Source: a virus
Reading direction: 5' to 3' (one strand)
Length of the DNA: 64,000 nt
IMG/VR virus record: IMGVR_UViG_3300008117_000001
Position numbers and translations under genes: made by a program. This document shows positions 38,201-47,836 of this stretch, in pieces (the first letter of the stretch is position 1; the number at the start of each line of letters is the position of its first letter). The notes beneath the pieces were generated by a model. That model searched no databases and was not told the origin of the DNA. It worked only from the letters and a program-made list of their open reading frames with translations.

Positions 38201-39504
38201 TGGGTCCACAGGGACCACAAGGTTCTATTGGACCTCAAGGTGAAACGGGGTCACAGGGTGCAACTGGTCCACAAGGTGCTACTGGTGCCCAAGGTGCTAC
38301 AGGAGCCCAAGGCGATACTGGTCCCCAAGGTTCAACTGGACCACAGGGACCACAGGGTGACACAGGTCCTCAAGGTTCAACTGGTGCTACTGGCCCCCAA
38401 GGAGCTACCGGTGCTCAAGGTGCTACTGGCCCTCAAGGCGCCACTGGCCCTCAAGGCGCCACTGGCCCACAAGGTGATATCGGTCCTCAGGGTGCCCAAG
38501 GAGCCACAGGCCCTCAAGGAGCTACAGGCGCTCAAGGAGCTACCGGTCCTCAAGGTGCTACAGGTCCCCAGGGAGACATGGGACCGCAAGGATCAACAGG
38601 TCCACAAGGGCCCCAAGGTGCAACTGGAGCACAAGGTGCTACTGGTCCAGTAGCTGGTTCTGCTAATCAAGTTGTCTATAAAGATGGTTCTAATGCAGCT
38701 GCTGGCAGCGCAAACCTTACCTTTGACGGAACACGCCTAACAGCAGCAGCCTTAACGGTTGATACAAATACTCTTTATGTTGATGCAACTAATAATCGTG
38801 TTGGTGTTGGCACTTCTTCACCATCTGTTGAGCTCGATGTTCTTGGAACTCAAGTTATTCGTGTGGCATCCACGCAAGATGGTATTCAGTTGGCCGGTCG
38901 TGCTGGCGGAACTGGATCATTGTCTACAAAATTTATACCAACTACGTTGACCGCAAACAGAACATTAACTTTACCAAATAAATCTGGAACTGTTGCTACA
39001 ACAGCTGATATTGGTCTTGTTTACTTGTCAAGTGGCACATTCTCTGGCGCAACAGTAGTCAACTTGCAGTCAATATTTTCGTCTACTTATGATAATTATC
39101 GTCTTGTATTAACAAACTTGCAAGCAGCAAGCGGAGACTTTTATCTCTTCTATATCAATATGCTTTCTGGTGGCACAGCAGCAGCAACAGCTTACTACTA
39201 CGCTATGCAGGGACTTACATTTGGCGGAGTCGCAGACAATTATACTGGGCAAAATTCAAGCATAGGAGTATGTGGTGGAATATCTAACTCGGATATTCAT
39301 ATTGTTATGGATATATCTCGCCCATTTGTTGCAGATAGAACAATTATTTCAGCGCACTGTGCGTCGGCATGGGGTAACTATACATCCACTGTTCAACATA
39401 CAACGGCATCGTCTTATGATGGAATACAGCTTAACAATTTCAGATTAGGAGCAAGCACTGTCAATCTTTCTGGAACATGGAAACTTTATGGATATACAAA
39501 CTAA
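35248..39504 (+). CDS. collagen-like tail fibre / virion fibre protein
   Basis: N-terminal [18 protein letters not shown]; two long Gly-X-Y blocks (GPQ/GAT/GAQ); [14 protein letters not shown] and [14 protein letters not shown] fibre motifs. Confidence 0.9.
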   Translation: MANTLVIKNSGTSTSVPSALTHGEVAINYADGKIFYKNASNTIVASKLITAITGTTDQINVTETSGSFAISLPSSISVTNNVTAGGYLISNNSSGDEGGEIFLKKAVTNTTLTGGVTIDVYQNRLRFFEQGGTARGFYIDISTGGNGASTDILAGVQGPQGAQGPQGATGSQGATGPQGTQGPQGATGSQGSQGPQGDIGPQGATGPQGSTGPQGSTGPQGDVGPQGAQGATGSQGPQGAVGAQGATGPQGSTGAQGATGPQGDAGPQGATGPQGSTGAQGATGAQGPQGDIGPQGATGPQGAQGDVGSQGATGPQGAQGATGAQGPQGATGPQGATGPQGSTGAQGAQGPVGGDGPQGDVGPQGATGPQGATGAQGPQGATGAQGSTGAQGATGAQGPQGPQGDIGPQGATGAQGATGAQGATGAQGDTGPQGSTGPQGDVGPQGAVGSQGAQGATGPQGATGPQGSTGPQGPQGPQGDTGPQGATGAQGATGAQGPQGATGSQGAQGVQGSQGPQGPVGNLNSHESVRTATNAALPNSPTYTAGTADDNNGTGDGAYLQASTFGALVVDSRTVVANDRVLVKNQINQIHNGIYVVTTVGDGSTYWRLTRTSDFDNTDGTEVQNGDYVFVSLGTANTGTSWMMNSIGTNPDNSIIIGTDGMNWVNVGGAGPQGAQGPQGAGGTIAYWGSFWSNQDQTAVAANTAYAITYDNYDSNNFGVTLSNNSRINFGYAGVYSLTFSVQWANSDSQIHDANIWFKKNGSNIPDSDSRWSVVESHGGTDGRAIGTVNLVLSLNANDYIELFWQTTNTGISLDYFPAVSPAPAIPSIIFTAVQVTYTQVGPQGPQGATGSQGATGPQGATGAQGATGAQGSQGATGAQGATGAQGDTGPQGSTGAQGPIGPQGDTGPQGPQGSVGPQGATGPQGATGPQGATGPQGDVGPQGATGAQGATGPQGAQGATGPQGATGAQGATGAQGDVGPQGSVGPQGPQGSIGPQGETGSQGATGPQGATGAQGATGAQGDTGPQGSTGPQGPQGDTGPQGSTGATGPQGATGAQGATGPQGATGPQGATGPQGDIGPQGAQGATGPQGATGAQGATGPQGATGPQGDMGPQGSTGPQGPQGATGAQGATGPVAGSANQVVYKDGSNAAAGSANLTFDGTRLTAAALTVDTNTLYVDATNNRVGVGTSSPSVELDVLGTQVIRVASTQDGIQLAGRAGGTGSLSTKFIPTTLTANRTLTLPNKSGTVATTADIGLVYLSSGTFSGATVVNLQSIFSSTYDNYRLVLTNLQAASGDFYLFYINMLSGGTAAATAYYYAMQGLTFGGVADNYTGQNSSIGVCGGISNSDIHIVMDISRPFVADRTIISAHCASAWGNYTSTVQHTTASSYDGIQLNNFRLGASTVNLSGTWKLYGYTN
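35716..36804 (+). repeat. collagen Gly-X-Y block 1
   Basis: Uninterrupted G-X-Y triplets with varied synonymous codons. Confidence 0.9.
37771..38646 (+). repeat. collagen Gly-X-Y block 2
   Basis: Uninterrupted G-X-Y triplets. Confidence 0.9.
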
Positions 39505-39516
39505 TAGGAGATTAAA

Positions 39517-39702
39517 ATGCCACGTGTGAAATACACATATGATGGTTCAACTGAAACGGAAACGACAGCAAACTTTTCTGGAGCAGAAGAAACCGCTCAG
39601 GATGCACTGGATGCATCGAATCAGTCTGATTACAATACAAACTCTAAACAAGTTAGTAGAGATATAGCCGATAATCGTCGGTTTATAATGGAGGTCATCT
39701 AA
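39517..39702 (+). CDS. small acidic protein after fibre
   Basis: 61 aa, AGGAG SD, TAATG coupling. Confidence 0.65.
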   Translation: MPRVKYTYDGSTETETTANFSGAEETAQDALDASNQSDYNTNSKQVSRDIADNRRFIMEVI

Positions 39703-40076
39703 TGGCGTTGCAAATGAAAAGGCTATCTGGTCCAGAAAATTTTGCTGTAGCAGACACCGCAGAAGATTTATATACAGTTCCAAGAAATACTGGTTATACT
39801 ACAACTGCTGTTATTAAAGAGATTATATTATGTAATACCGCAGCATCTAGTGCAACAGTGACGCTTTGGTTAAAGCCTAAGAATGTTACGGTAGGCACCG
39901 ATCATATTTTTATCAATTCATTAACACTTGCTGCAAACGAAACTGTTACACTGTCAACATCCTTAGTTTTAACTAATTCTGATAATACAGCTGGTGATAC
40001 TTATTCTGATAAAATAAGAGGTAAAGCTAGCACTACTACGGTTAATTATATGATCAATGGATATGAAGAATACTGA
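39702..40076 (+). CDS. virion-associated beta-rich protein
   Basis: LYTVP..TTAVIKEIILCN..ANETV pattern typical of tail-region genes. Confidence 0.7.
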   Translation: MALQMKRLSGPENFAVADTAEDLYTVPRNTGYTTTAVIKEIILCNTAASSATVTLWLKPKNVTVGTDHIFINSLTLAANETVTLSTSLVLTNSDNTAGDTYSDKIRGKASTTTVNYMINGYEEY

Positions 40077-40081
40077 TAATT

Positions 40082-40858
40082 ATGGGAAAGTTTATTAGAG
40101 TTAACAATACTACAACTGGTGTGAGTTTTGTTGGTGGCACTTCGTCTACATACTCTGATTTACTAACATTGGGTAACCTAGTTGACGTTGCTGATCAAAT
40201 ATACGGATCAGGAGCCGATGGTTCTGTTACCTTTGATGGTTCAAGTACCGTCTTATCAATGGCCCCATCAACTTCAGTATACACTATGACAAGGGATATA
40301 TATTGCTATAATTTAACTTTGTCAGCAAACGTTCGTTTAAATCCAGCTGGATATAGAATATTTGTACAAAATAGTTTAACTTTTGGTAGTGGTTCTACTA
40401 TAGGTTTCACAACAGGCTTTTCTACTGCCGGATCAATTCAGCAAGGGGGCGCAAACAATACTGCTGTCACCCATAGTCTTGGTGGTTCTAGCGCTACTCA
40501 AACTGCAACTGCACCGACAGCTGCAACTGGTGGCACTGATTATTATAAGCAGTCGTTCCAAGCTGTCCGAGGCTACTCCATAACAGGGTCCTCAACTACT
40601 CCAACCTTTTTGCGTGGTGGAGCTGGTGGCGTTTCTGGAGCTGGTGGTGGCGTTGTAATACTCGCAGCAAGATTTATCACTGTTTCAAGTGGCACTGGTT
40701 ATATTAAGGCACCAGGTACAAGCGGTTCTGGTGGCGGTGGTGGCGGAGCAATTATTGTCATATCTTCATCCGCAGCTTTAAATAGTGGAATAACAACTGA
40801 CGTTACTGGTGGAACCAGCTGCGCTGCCGGAAATGTTATTTATTGTCAGGTAGCTTAA
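40082..40858 (+). CDS. Gly-rich fibre/tail protein
   Basis: IYGSGADGSVTF; GAGGGVVILAARFI..GSGGGGGGAIIVI. Confidence 0.78.
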   Translation: MGKFIRVNNTTTGVSFVGGTSSTYSDLLTLGNLVDVADQIYGSGADGSVTFDGSSTVLSMAPSTSVYTMTRDIYCYNLTLSANVRLNPAGYRIFVQNSLTFGSGSTIGFTTGFSTAGSIQQGGANNTAVTHSLGGSSATQTATAPTAATGGTDYYKQSFQAVRGYSITGSSTTPTFLRGGAGGVSGAGGGVVILAARFITVSSGTGYIKAPGTSGSGGGGGGAIIVISSSAALNSGITTDVTGGTSCAAGNVIYCQVA

Positions 40859-40860
40859 TT

Positions 40861-42651
40861 ATGAGTAACCGTATTCGTAGACTTAATCAAACTAAAACTC
40901 AACGTGATGATTCTATTTTTGGCGAAGGAACAGACGGTGATGTAACCATAACTAGTGGAACTACATATTTAACTAAAGATATGTATTACACTAATTTAAC
41001 AGTTGATTCTGGAGCAACATTATTTACGAATGGATTTCGTATATTTGTTAACGGAACACTTACAAATAATGGCACCTTAGGTATGCCCGCGGCAACTTTG
41101 TCAAATATTTCCGATGGATCAGGCACAGTATCTGGTAGACAGAACGCATTAAACCCAGCAAGCGCCTGGGGCACAAGTAATACAACAATTGATCCCACAG
41201 TCCTGCATGATTTAGACGATTCAATTTCTGGCTGGCTTATAACAAGCGCTGGAACAATAACAAAAATTGGTGGCGGTTCTCTTGGCACTTCCGGTACATC
41301 GGGAAACGTTACAGCAGCAACAGGACCATTTGCTGGGAACGCTGGTAACTTTATCGGAGCAACTGTTGGTCAAGCTGGTGGTGCCGGAAATGCTGGCACT
41401 GCGGGAAATGCTGCTACTGCTGGAACGGGCGGAGTTGGCGGGCCTGGTGGAGGGCTGGTAATAATTATTGCAAAAACTATAGCTGGATCTGGAACAATAG
41501 TTAGTTATGGTTATGCAGGCGGCGCAGGCAATCCAGCAACCCAAGGTAATCCCGGTTCAGCTGGAAACCCCGCACCAAATATAACTGGATATCATAATTC
41601 TGGTAACTTTCCACATAATGCTGGTGGTACTATTGTTAATCCAACTTCTGGTACTCCACACCCTTCTGGGCATAATGCTGGATCACACCCCCATCCATCT
41701 GGAGCGCATCCGCATCCAGATGGCGGCCCTCATGCTAACCCTCATAATGCGGTTCTTCATACCGCAACCGGGCACCATAATGCATCGAACACACATATCC
41801 ACGCGCCCCATGGGCACAATGCCGTAACACATCGATCTGCCCCATATGTAACATATGTTTTAGGTCATAATGGTGGTTCCGCTCATAACTCTGGTCACGG
41901 CAGTCATCCCCATGGTGTTAATGGACATAGAGTTTCTGGTCATAATGGAAACTCAAATGCATCTCATGGCTCCCATGCATCAGGAATTAGTGTTAACTCA
42001 ATTGGCTTCAGCAACCATAATGGAACGGTAAACAAAAACTCAACAATTAATTCTGGTCATGGCCATCACGCTGGCAATCATAACGCTGGCAATCATCCAT
42101 ATTCTCATCCATCAGGATCATTTCCTAATAACCCAGCTTCTCACCACAATGGACACGTTTACACGAATGCAGGACATGGTCACCACCATGTCGCTGCTGC
42201 ATCGCACCCCGCTACAAATGCTCCGCATACTAACATTCCTAGCGTTGGATTAAACTCTGGCCACAATGGCGTCCAGCACCACCACGCAGGGCATCATCCA
42301 CACCCTGCTGGATCACATCCGCACCCTGCTGGTAGTACAGGGCCATCTCCCCATAGTGGCACACCTCATCCTTCTGGCCACAACGCTGGTAGTCATCCCC
42401 ACAGTGCTGCTACCGTTAATGTAATAACAGGAGCTGTAACCAGTAATAGAACTAGTGCCCCAAGTCATAACGCTACAAATGTTAACTTTAGTGGTGGTAC
42501 TGGTGGAGCAGCTGGAGCAGCAGGTGCTGCCAATGCAGGAAATCCAGGAAATCAAGGTAGTACAGGTGGAATAATTGTGGTTACAAGAAATCCTGGAAAT
42601 GTTTCACCACAAATAGGCCATTCAAATTATTCAAAAATAATAGATATTTAA
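40861..42651 (+). CDS. Gly-rich fibre protein with about 295-aa His-rich insertion
   Basis: IFGEGTDGDVTI (paralogous to previous gene); GGPGGGLVIIIAKTI; about 60 His counted, many in HxH dyads. Confidence 0.85.
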   Translation: MSNRIRRLNQTKTQRDDSIFGEGTDGDVTITSGTTYLTKDMYYTNLTVDSGATLFTNGFRIFVNGTLTNNGTLGMPAATLSNISDGSGTVSGRQNALNPASAWGTSNTTIDPTVLHDLDDSISGWLITSAGTITKIGGGSLGTSGTSGNVTAATGPFAGNAGNFIGATVGQAGGAGNAGTAGNAATAGTGGVGGPGGGLVIIIAKTIAGSGTIVSYGYAGGAGNPATQGNPGSAGNPAPNITGYHNSGNFPHNAGGTIVNPTSGTPHPSGHNAGSHPHPSGAHPHPDGGPHANPHNAVLHTATGHHNASNTHIHAPHGHNAVTHRSAPYVTYVLGHNGGSAHNSGHGSHPHGVNGHRVSGHNGNSNASHGSHASGISVNSIGFSNHNGTVNKNSTINSGHGHHAGNHNAGNHPYSHPSGSFPNNPASHHNGHVYTNAGHGHHHVAAASHPATNAPHTNIPSVGLNSGHNGVQHHHAGHHPHPAGSHPHPAGSTGPSPHSGTPHPSGHNAGSHPHSAATVNVITGAVTSNRTSAPSHNATNVNFSGGTGGAAGAAGAANAGNPGNQGSTGGIIVVTRNPGNVSPQIGHSNYSKIIDI

Positions 42652-42659
42652 CACAAATA

Positions 42660-42668
42660 TGGTATAAT
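42660..42668 (+). promoter_or_regulatory. extended -10 promoter for the modification cassette
   Basis: TGGTATAAT followed by AAGGAG SD and the ATG at 42691. Confidence 0.6.
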
Positions 42669-42690
42669 ATAAGGAAAACAAGGAGTAAAA

Positions 42691-42939
42691 ATGACATTTT
42701 TTAATTCAATTACAAATGAACGCAAAATCCAAATTCTTACTTTAAGAATATCCTCTCTTAAAGAGCAACTATGGATGATTCTAATAGACGCTGGTTTAAT
42801 TCCAGAAGAATTAGATATGGCTGCATTTGATCCTGAAACAGATATTTCAGAGGAAAATGCACATTATAGAATACAAGTATCTCAAACATTAGATCTAATT
42901 AATAAAACTGAATTAATTAAGTCTGGAATTACGGTTTGA
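42691..42939 (+). CDS. small acidic protein, putative paralogue A
   Basis: LKEQLWMILIDAGLIPEELD. Confidence 0.7.
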   Translation: MTFFNSITNERKIQILTLRISSLKEQLWMILIDAGLIPEELDMAAFDPETDISEENAHYRIQVSQTLDLINKTELIKSGITV

Positions 42940-42940
42940 T

Positions 42941-43531
42941 ATGAAATTTGTTGAGCACGCTCCGTGCATTGTTCAGTATGATAATATTTTTAAAGCAGAA
43001 AAGTTTTTAGAATTATTAGAATCTGAGTGCAATGAATCATGGGGCTATCTAAGCTGGCAACGTTCAACTGTCGGCACTGGTGAAGTCTCAGATATGCGTA
43101 CATCTTTTGGCTGCGAACTTTCTCCTCTAAGTGTAGATAACATTGAAGTTGATAGAGTCAAGCCTCTTGTTGAAGAGTGGAGAAATTTGTGGTCCAAAAT
43201 AGACCCAATTGTTTGGGATTATAGAAATAATTTTGAATTAGACCTAGAAGCTGATGAGGGCTATAGAGTGCTCAAATACAATGGTGGCGCAGAATATAAA
43301 GCTCACCATGATCATTTTAGGACAAACGAAAGAAGTTTAAGCCTAGTTGCATTTCTTAATGATAATTATACGGGTGGTAATTTAGTCTTTCCAAAATTTA
43401 ACGTATCAATAAAACCAAAAGCCGGAAGTGTAATACTATTTCCTTCCAACTTTCCGTATACCCATATAGCTGAACCTGTTGGTAAAAGCGACAATTCAAT
43501 TAAATACTCTTTAGTGACGTGGTTTAGATGA
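42941..43531 (+). CDS. 2OG-Fe(II) oxygenase (prolyl-4-hydroxylase-like)
   Basis: LKYNGGAEYKAHHD, FLNDNYTGGNL, FPSNFPYTH, KYSLVTW. Confidence 0.9.
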   Translation: MKFVEHAPCIVQYDNIFKAEKFLELLESECNESWGYLSWQRSTVGTGEVSDMRTSFGCELSPLSVDNIEVDRVKPLVEEWRNLWSKIDPIVWDYRNNFELDLEADEGYRVLKYNGGAEYKAHHDHFRTNERSLSLVAFLNDNYTGGNLVFPKFNVSIKPKAGSVILFPSNFPYTHIAEPVGKSDNSIKYSLVTWFR

Positions 43532-43686
43532 ATCCAGAAGACGAATATCCAAATATTGAATCTTTTCCAGAAACCAACTTTGATCATACATCTGGTAGAT
43601 ACATAACTGATAATGAAATTATTAACTGCACTATGTTAGATGCTTCTTTTATATTTAACCTGGAGAATGAAGAAGATGGGATATAA
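43528..43686 (+). CDS. small acidic peptide (52 aa)
   Basis: Own translation MNPEDEYPNIESFPETNFDH...ENEEDGI; ATGA overlap. Confidence 0.5.
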   Translation: MNPEDEYPNIESFPETNFDHTSGRYITDNEIINCTMLDASFIFNLENEEDGI

Positions 43687-43945
43687 TTTACAAAATGATT
43701 TTGATTACGTTAGCAACACATTGCTAACAATGGCATCCGTTGTTGGGGTTGACATTAATAATCTTTCCGATGTTACTCTCAATGATTTAATGGAGGCATG
43801 TGCTAATACATTTGGTAGCGCAGAACATAATCAAGATTCCCCAATTGCATCGGCTCAGTATGCAGAATTAAGAAGATATCAGGCCTCCTTTAAAAGATTT
43901 TGGTATATGTATAGTGTTTTAAATTGGAGAATAAATAATGCTTAA
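43676..43945 (+). CDS. small protein, putative paralogue B
   Basis: VSNTLLTMASVVGVDINNLS; GGAG SD. Confidence 0.65.
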   Translation: MGYNLQNDFDYVSNTLLTMASVVGVDINNLSDVTLNDLMEACANTFGSAEHNQDSPIASAQYAELRRYQASFKRFWYMYSVLNWRINNA

Positions 43946-44633
43946 TAATTATGATTTGTTTAAATTGACAAATATTCTTTCTCACACCACGTCATCAGAT
44001 ATTAATCCCATTGATATTGCCAACAATAATTCTATTATTATCCAAGATGAAATTAATACTGGAGTAGATAGAAGTAGAAATGCTATTGGATATTCTGTTC
44101 AGTTAAATTGGTTAGATCAAATAAGTGATCCATCAAGTTCCGCTATGGATATAGAGATATTATCTCGGTCGATGATAGAAATTATTATTAGAATAAAAAA
44201 TTCTTCAAAACTATTATTTTTAGGCATGAATTATATTTTAGGTTCTACACTTAAATCTATTGTAGATAATGTCGACTATGCGAATATAATGAACTTAAAA
44301 TATATGGAAGACTATATTAATGAACCTATTGATGAATCTAATGTCATATCTATGCAAGACATAGAACAGGGTAACATAGATCTAGATTACGATACTGTAT
44401 TTTTAGATACAGAATTAGTTAGTCATGATTTTAATATCGTAGATAATATTTGGGAAAAACTATCTAGCGGTGCACTTTTAATTTTAAATACAGTAAATGA
44501 TTTTGGATTTCTTTATTCATCCAAAAATCAGCATCCTTACTTCGAATACTTGTCACGTTTAACGCAAGACGAAGATAAACATGTGTTTCATATTCCAGTA
44601 GCAACCGGTTTTACCTTAGTGGTTAAAAAATGA
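43938..44633 (+). CDS. class I SAM-methyltransferase-like protein (divergent)
   Basis: LLFLG, YDTVFLD, LSSGALLILN, FHIPVATGFTLVVK. Confidence 0.55.
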   Translation: MLNNYDLFKLTNILSHTTSSDINPIDIANNNSIIIQDEINTGVDRSRNAIGYSVQLNWLDQISDPSSSAMDIEILSRSMIEIIIRIKNSSKLLFLGMNYILGSTLKSIVDNVDYANIMNLKYMEDYINEPIDESNVISMQDIEQGNIDLDYDTVFLDTELVSHDFNIVDNIWEKLSSGALLILNTVNDFGFLYSSKNQHPYFEYLSRLTQDEDKHVFHIPVATGFTLVVKK

Positions 44634-46105
44634 ATCAAAAAAAAATAGTTATTGTTGGATCTGGAACAGCGGGACTTGTTACTGGATTAACAATTAAAAG
44701 TTATTTTAAAAATTATGATGTAACAATAATATCATCCAGCAAGATGGGGATAGTTGGTGTTGGCGAAGGTTCTACGGAACATTGGCGCTTGTTTCAGGAG
44801 ATGGTCGGCATAGACGTCCATGATATGATCAAGAACGCAGACATCACTCATAAATATGGGATACGTTATGAAAACTGGACCAATCATACTCCAGATTATT
44901 TCCATAGTGTAGGAGAAATTGGGTTAACCATTGGTGGCTTTTGGGCAGGGTATGCTACAGCCCTAGAGAATAATCGTTTGTTAACAAACACATATTCTTG
45001 GCGCGGATTAATAGAAAATAAAATAATTGATCAGGGTGACAAAACACATTATGGAACAAACCAGTACCATTTTGATACTTTTAAGTTAAATAAATATTTG
45101 GTAGAAGTATCAAAAAATAAAGGTATTTTGTTTATAGATGATGAAGTGACAAACGTTCAAGTAGATGAAGACGGATTTATAGAATCGGTTTTTCTTTCTG
45201 AATTAAAAAAAGATATTGCAGCTGATTTTTTTATTGATGCAACAGGATTCCATAGGCAGCTCTTAAGCAAGATAGGCGATCAAACATTCATAGATTATAG
45301 AAAGTATTTACCGTGTAATACGGCAATTGCGTTTCCAACTGAATCGGACCCTTCTGGTCAAATAAGACCATACACAAGGGCTAGAGCTCTTAAGAATGGT
45401 TGGATGTGGGAAATACCCACTCAAAAAAGACGTGGAAACGGATATGTATTTTCGTCTGATTTCTGTACCGTAGACCAAGCTATAGCTGAAGCTTCTGAAG
45501 TGCATGGCTTTGAAGTTGTGCCAGCAAAAGTGATTAATTTTAAGGCAGGATATTTTAAAGAAACATGGAAAAATAATTGCATTGCAGTGGGGTTAGCGGC
45601 TTCTTTTGTTGAGCCATTAGAAGCTACGTCCATATCTACTTCAATTCAACAGGCAAAATTAATCTGTTCCTATCTTCCTACTTTCGATAAAAATAGAAAT
45701 TATGGGATCAAAGAGTATCACCGTATTATGGATTCCATGATGAATAATATTCTGTGCATGATATCTTTGCATTATATTTCGGATAGAAATGACACTGAAA
45801 TGTGGGCTGCACAGCAAAAAGCAGATAAGCCTGAACTATTGGAACACTTACTGCAACTGTGGAATGTACGCTGTCCAGAATTTTCAGATATCCCTTCAAC
45901 TGGATTTGAGCTTTTTGGATCAGCTCATTTATGGCATGTTGCCCAGGGTCAGGGTGTTTTAAATCCAGAAATGGCGTCATTGCAACTAGACGCTTATGGT
46001 TCTCGAAAAAATGTGATAGAATTCATTGCAAATTTTTCTAAGCAATTAGTTACTCAAAGATTGGTAGATCATGCGCAAGCACTCGCAGCAACTGCAAATA
46101 GTTAG
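44630..46105 (+). CDS. flavin-dependent halogenase (tryptophan halogenase family)
   Basis: IVGSGTAG, IVGVGEGST, FIDATG, GWMWEIP (WxWxIP), GYVFS, VEPLEATSI. Confidence 0.92.
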   Translation: MNQKKIVIVGSGTAGLVTGLTIKSYFKNYDVTIISSSKMGIVGVGEGSTEHWRLFQEMVGIDVHDMIKNADITHKYGIRYENWTNHTPDYFHSVGEIGLTIGGFWAGYATALENNRLLTNTYSWRGLIENKIIDQGDKTHYGTNQYHFDTFKLNKYLVEVSKNKGILFIDDEVTNVQVDEDGFIESVFLSELKKDIAADFFIDATGFHRQLLSKIGDQTFIDYRKYLPCNTAIAFPTESDPSGQIRPYTRARALKNGWMWEIPTQKRRGNGYVFSSDFCTVDQAIAEASEVHGFEVVPAKVINFKAGYFKETWKNNCIAVGLAASFVEPLEATSISTSIQQAKLICSYLPTFDKNRNYGIKEYHRIMDSMMNNILCMISLHYISDRNDTEMWAAQQKADKPELLEHLLQLWNVRCPEFSDIPSTGFELFGSAHLWHVAQGQGVLNPEMASLQLDAYGSRKNVIEFIANFSKQLVTQRLVDHAQALAATANS

Positions 46106-46892
46106 TCCAAAAATTTTCAATGATATCCCTAAGCTTAAAGAAGGTCAGATTTTTTTAGCTCCACAATCATTATTTTTGATGGATGATTTGTGTAGACCTT
46201 TTCTTAATTTAGGCAATTGGCCAGATTGGTGGAGAAATCTTACTGGTGAAGAGGGCAGCATAAAAAGATGTTCGGGAACATCAGACTATATATCAACAGG
46301 CTTTACAATTCCTTTGTGGACAAAGCTAATGTTTCGCCCATCTATGGATCATCGTTCATGGGATGTTAAGTTCGATCTAACTAATGAGATTGGTGATTTT
46401 GGCATAGAGGGCTTTTCTTTTGCGCAAACTGGCGAATGTCCAGTAACGAAAGCTAGAAAAATACAAAACGCTAATTATGTTAAAGTTATTAATCCATGGT
46501 TAATAAAAACTCCACCTGGATGGTCTAGTCTATTTTTGCCCCCATTATGGGATCCAAATCCAAATTACACTATGCTACCAGCTGTAGTGAATACGGATTA
46601 CTATCACAATGCGCATATGGTTATTAATGTTTTAACAGATCAACCATTTGAGCTAGAGGCAGGGAGACCTATGTGGCACGTCATACCGTTCCCTAGAACA
46701 AAATCTAAAGATATAATATGGGGAGACGAGAACGCATATTCATTATTGCGTTGGCGTGGTTTCGGTGGTCCATTCATGCCTAAAAAACAAAAAAGTAAAT
46801 ATAAGAAAATGGAACGAGAAACAGATGAAAATCTTTCTGTGGAAAAGAAGTCATTTTTTAGTAAACTATTCAAATCAAACAAGGGGTCATAA
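46071..46892 (+). CDS. DUF6065-like hypothetical protein
   Basis: NPWLIKTPPGWSSLF..LPAVVNTDYY..IPFPR (start uncertain). Confidence 0.6.
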   Translation: MRKHSQQLQIVSPKIFNDIPKLKEGQIFLAPQSLFLMDDLCRPFLNLGNWPDWWRNLTGEEGSIKRCSGTSDYISTGFTIPLWTKLMFRPSMDHRSWDVKFDLTNEIGDFGIEGFSFAQTGECPVTKARKIQNANYVKVINPWLIKTPPGWSSLFLPPLWDPNPNYTMLPAVVNTDYYHNAHMVINVLTDQPFELEAGRPMWHVIPFPRTKSKDIIWGDENAYSLLRWRGFGGPFMPKKQKSKYKKMERETDENLSVEKKSFFSKLFKSNKGS

Positions 46893-47128
46893 TGGATTTT
46901 GTAATATCAGAAAATCAAAAAAAATTAATTAAAGACTCTGCTAAAAAGAAGCTAGAGTTAGAGATTTACTCTGCGGCTATTGTAGCCGGTATAGATCCTG
47001 AATCATTGGAATTATCAAATGGTATTTTTACATGGACACCATCAACTACTGATGATTCTTGGATTTCTCAAGCTGAAAAACACCTGCGTCAAGTATTAGA
47101 CGTATATGAAAACTTTTTGGCGCACTAA
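46892..47128 (+). CDS. small acidic protein, putative paralogue C
   Basis: LELEIYSAAIVAGIDPESLE; TAATG coupling. Confidence 0.7.
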   Translation: MDFVISENQKKLIKDSAKKKLELEIYSAAIVAGIDPESLELSNGIFTWTPSTTDDSWISQAEKHLRQVLDVYENFLAH

Positions 47129-47143
47129 CACTGGATATTTTAA

Positions 47144-47836
47144 ATGAGTGAAATTAAATTTTCTTGGCCAGCTGGAAAAAGTTCTGCAATATTTTTGGCT
47201 GAAAATATAATAGATGAAAATACATGTTCAAATGTACTTACGGAATGCAAAAAGTATTATCAAACATTTTTTTCTCCTGGCCCAACCCTTGGTGGAATAG
47301 ATTCATCTGTAAAAAATAGCATGGATATGAGTTGGTCCTATCAGGCTTTGCTTGACGCCGAAGTGCCCACAGAACCATTGACTACATATGAAAATATAAT
47401 AACTCAAAAACTTTTTCAAACTATAGAAATTTACAGAGAAGCCTTTAGGTGGCTTTGGACCTGGACTAACATATCTGATACTGGATTTAGAGTTCAGGAA
47501 TACAGAAAAGGCATAGGGTTCTATAGGGAGCATATCGATGGCGGAATAGGCCCTCAAGAGGCTAGCAATAGAATTTTGGCTGCAATTATATATTTAAATA
47601 CAGTTGAAGTTGGTGGGGGAACCTTTTTTAGAGAACATGATTTAATGGTTCCGGCAAGAGCAGGATCTATTTGCCTGTTCCCAACAAACTGGACTCATCC
47701 GCATCAAGGTTGTGTTCCAATATCTGATGATAAGTGGATTATTAGTACGTTTATAGTGCCCACTCCAGTGTCAGTCGATTCTAAGGAAATTATACTTAGC
47801 TCTACACCAATGCCAAATGACAACAAAAAATCTTGA
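47144..47836 (+). CDS. 2OG-Fe(II) oxygenase
   Basis: GFYREHID, IYLNTVEVGGGT, FPTNWTHPH, KWIISTF. Confidence 0.9.
   Translation: MSEIKFSWPAGKSSAIFLAENIIDENTCSNVLTECKKYYQTFFSPGPTLGGIDSSVKNSMDMSWSYQALLDAEVPTEPLTTYENIITQKLFQTIEIYREAFRWLWTWTNISDTGFRVQEYRKGIGFYREHIDGGIGPQEASNRILAAIIYLNTVEVGGGTFFREHDLMVPARAGSICLFPTNWTHPHQGCVPISDDKWIISTFIVPTPVSVDSKEIILSSTPMPNDNKKS

Noticed and set aside
35716-38646. Repetitive DNA resembling a CRISPR array
   Set aside because: 9-nt coding periodicity with no constant repeat and unique spacer structure, and no cas operon
35554-38950. Many alternative-frame and antisense ORFs (up to 230 aa) inside the collagen gene
   Set aside because: They are shadows of G-X-Y codon periodicity, which suppresses stops; no SD sites or motifs
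40986-42555. Alternative-frame ORFs in the His-rich gene
   Set aside because: Shadows of Gly/His/Asn codon bias; no independent signals
46071-46892. Calling this gene a 2OG-Fe(II) oxygenase
   Set aside because: No clear HxD...H triad, so it is left as DUF6065-like hypothetical
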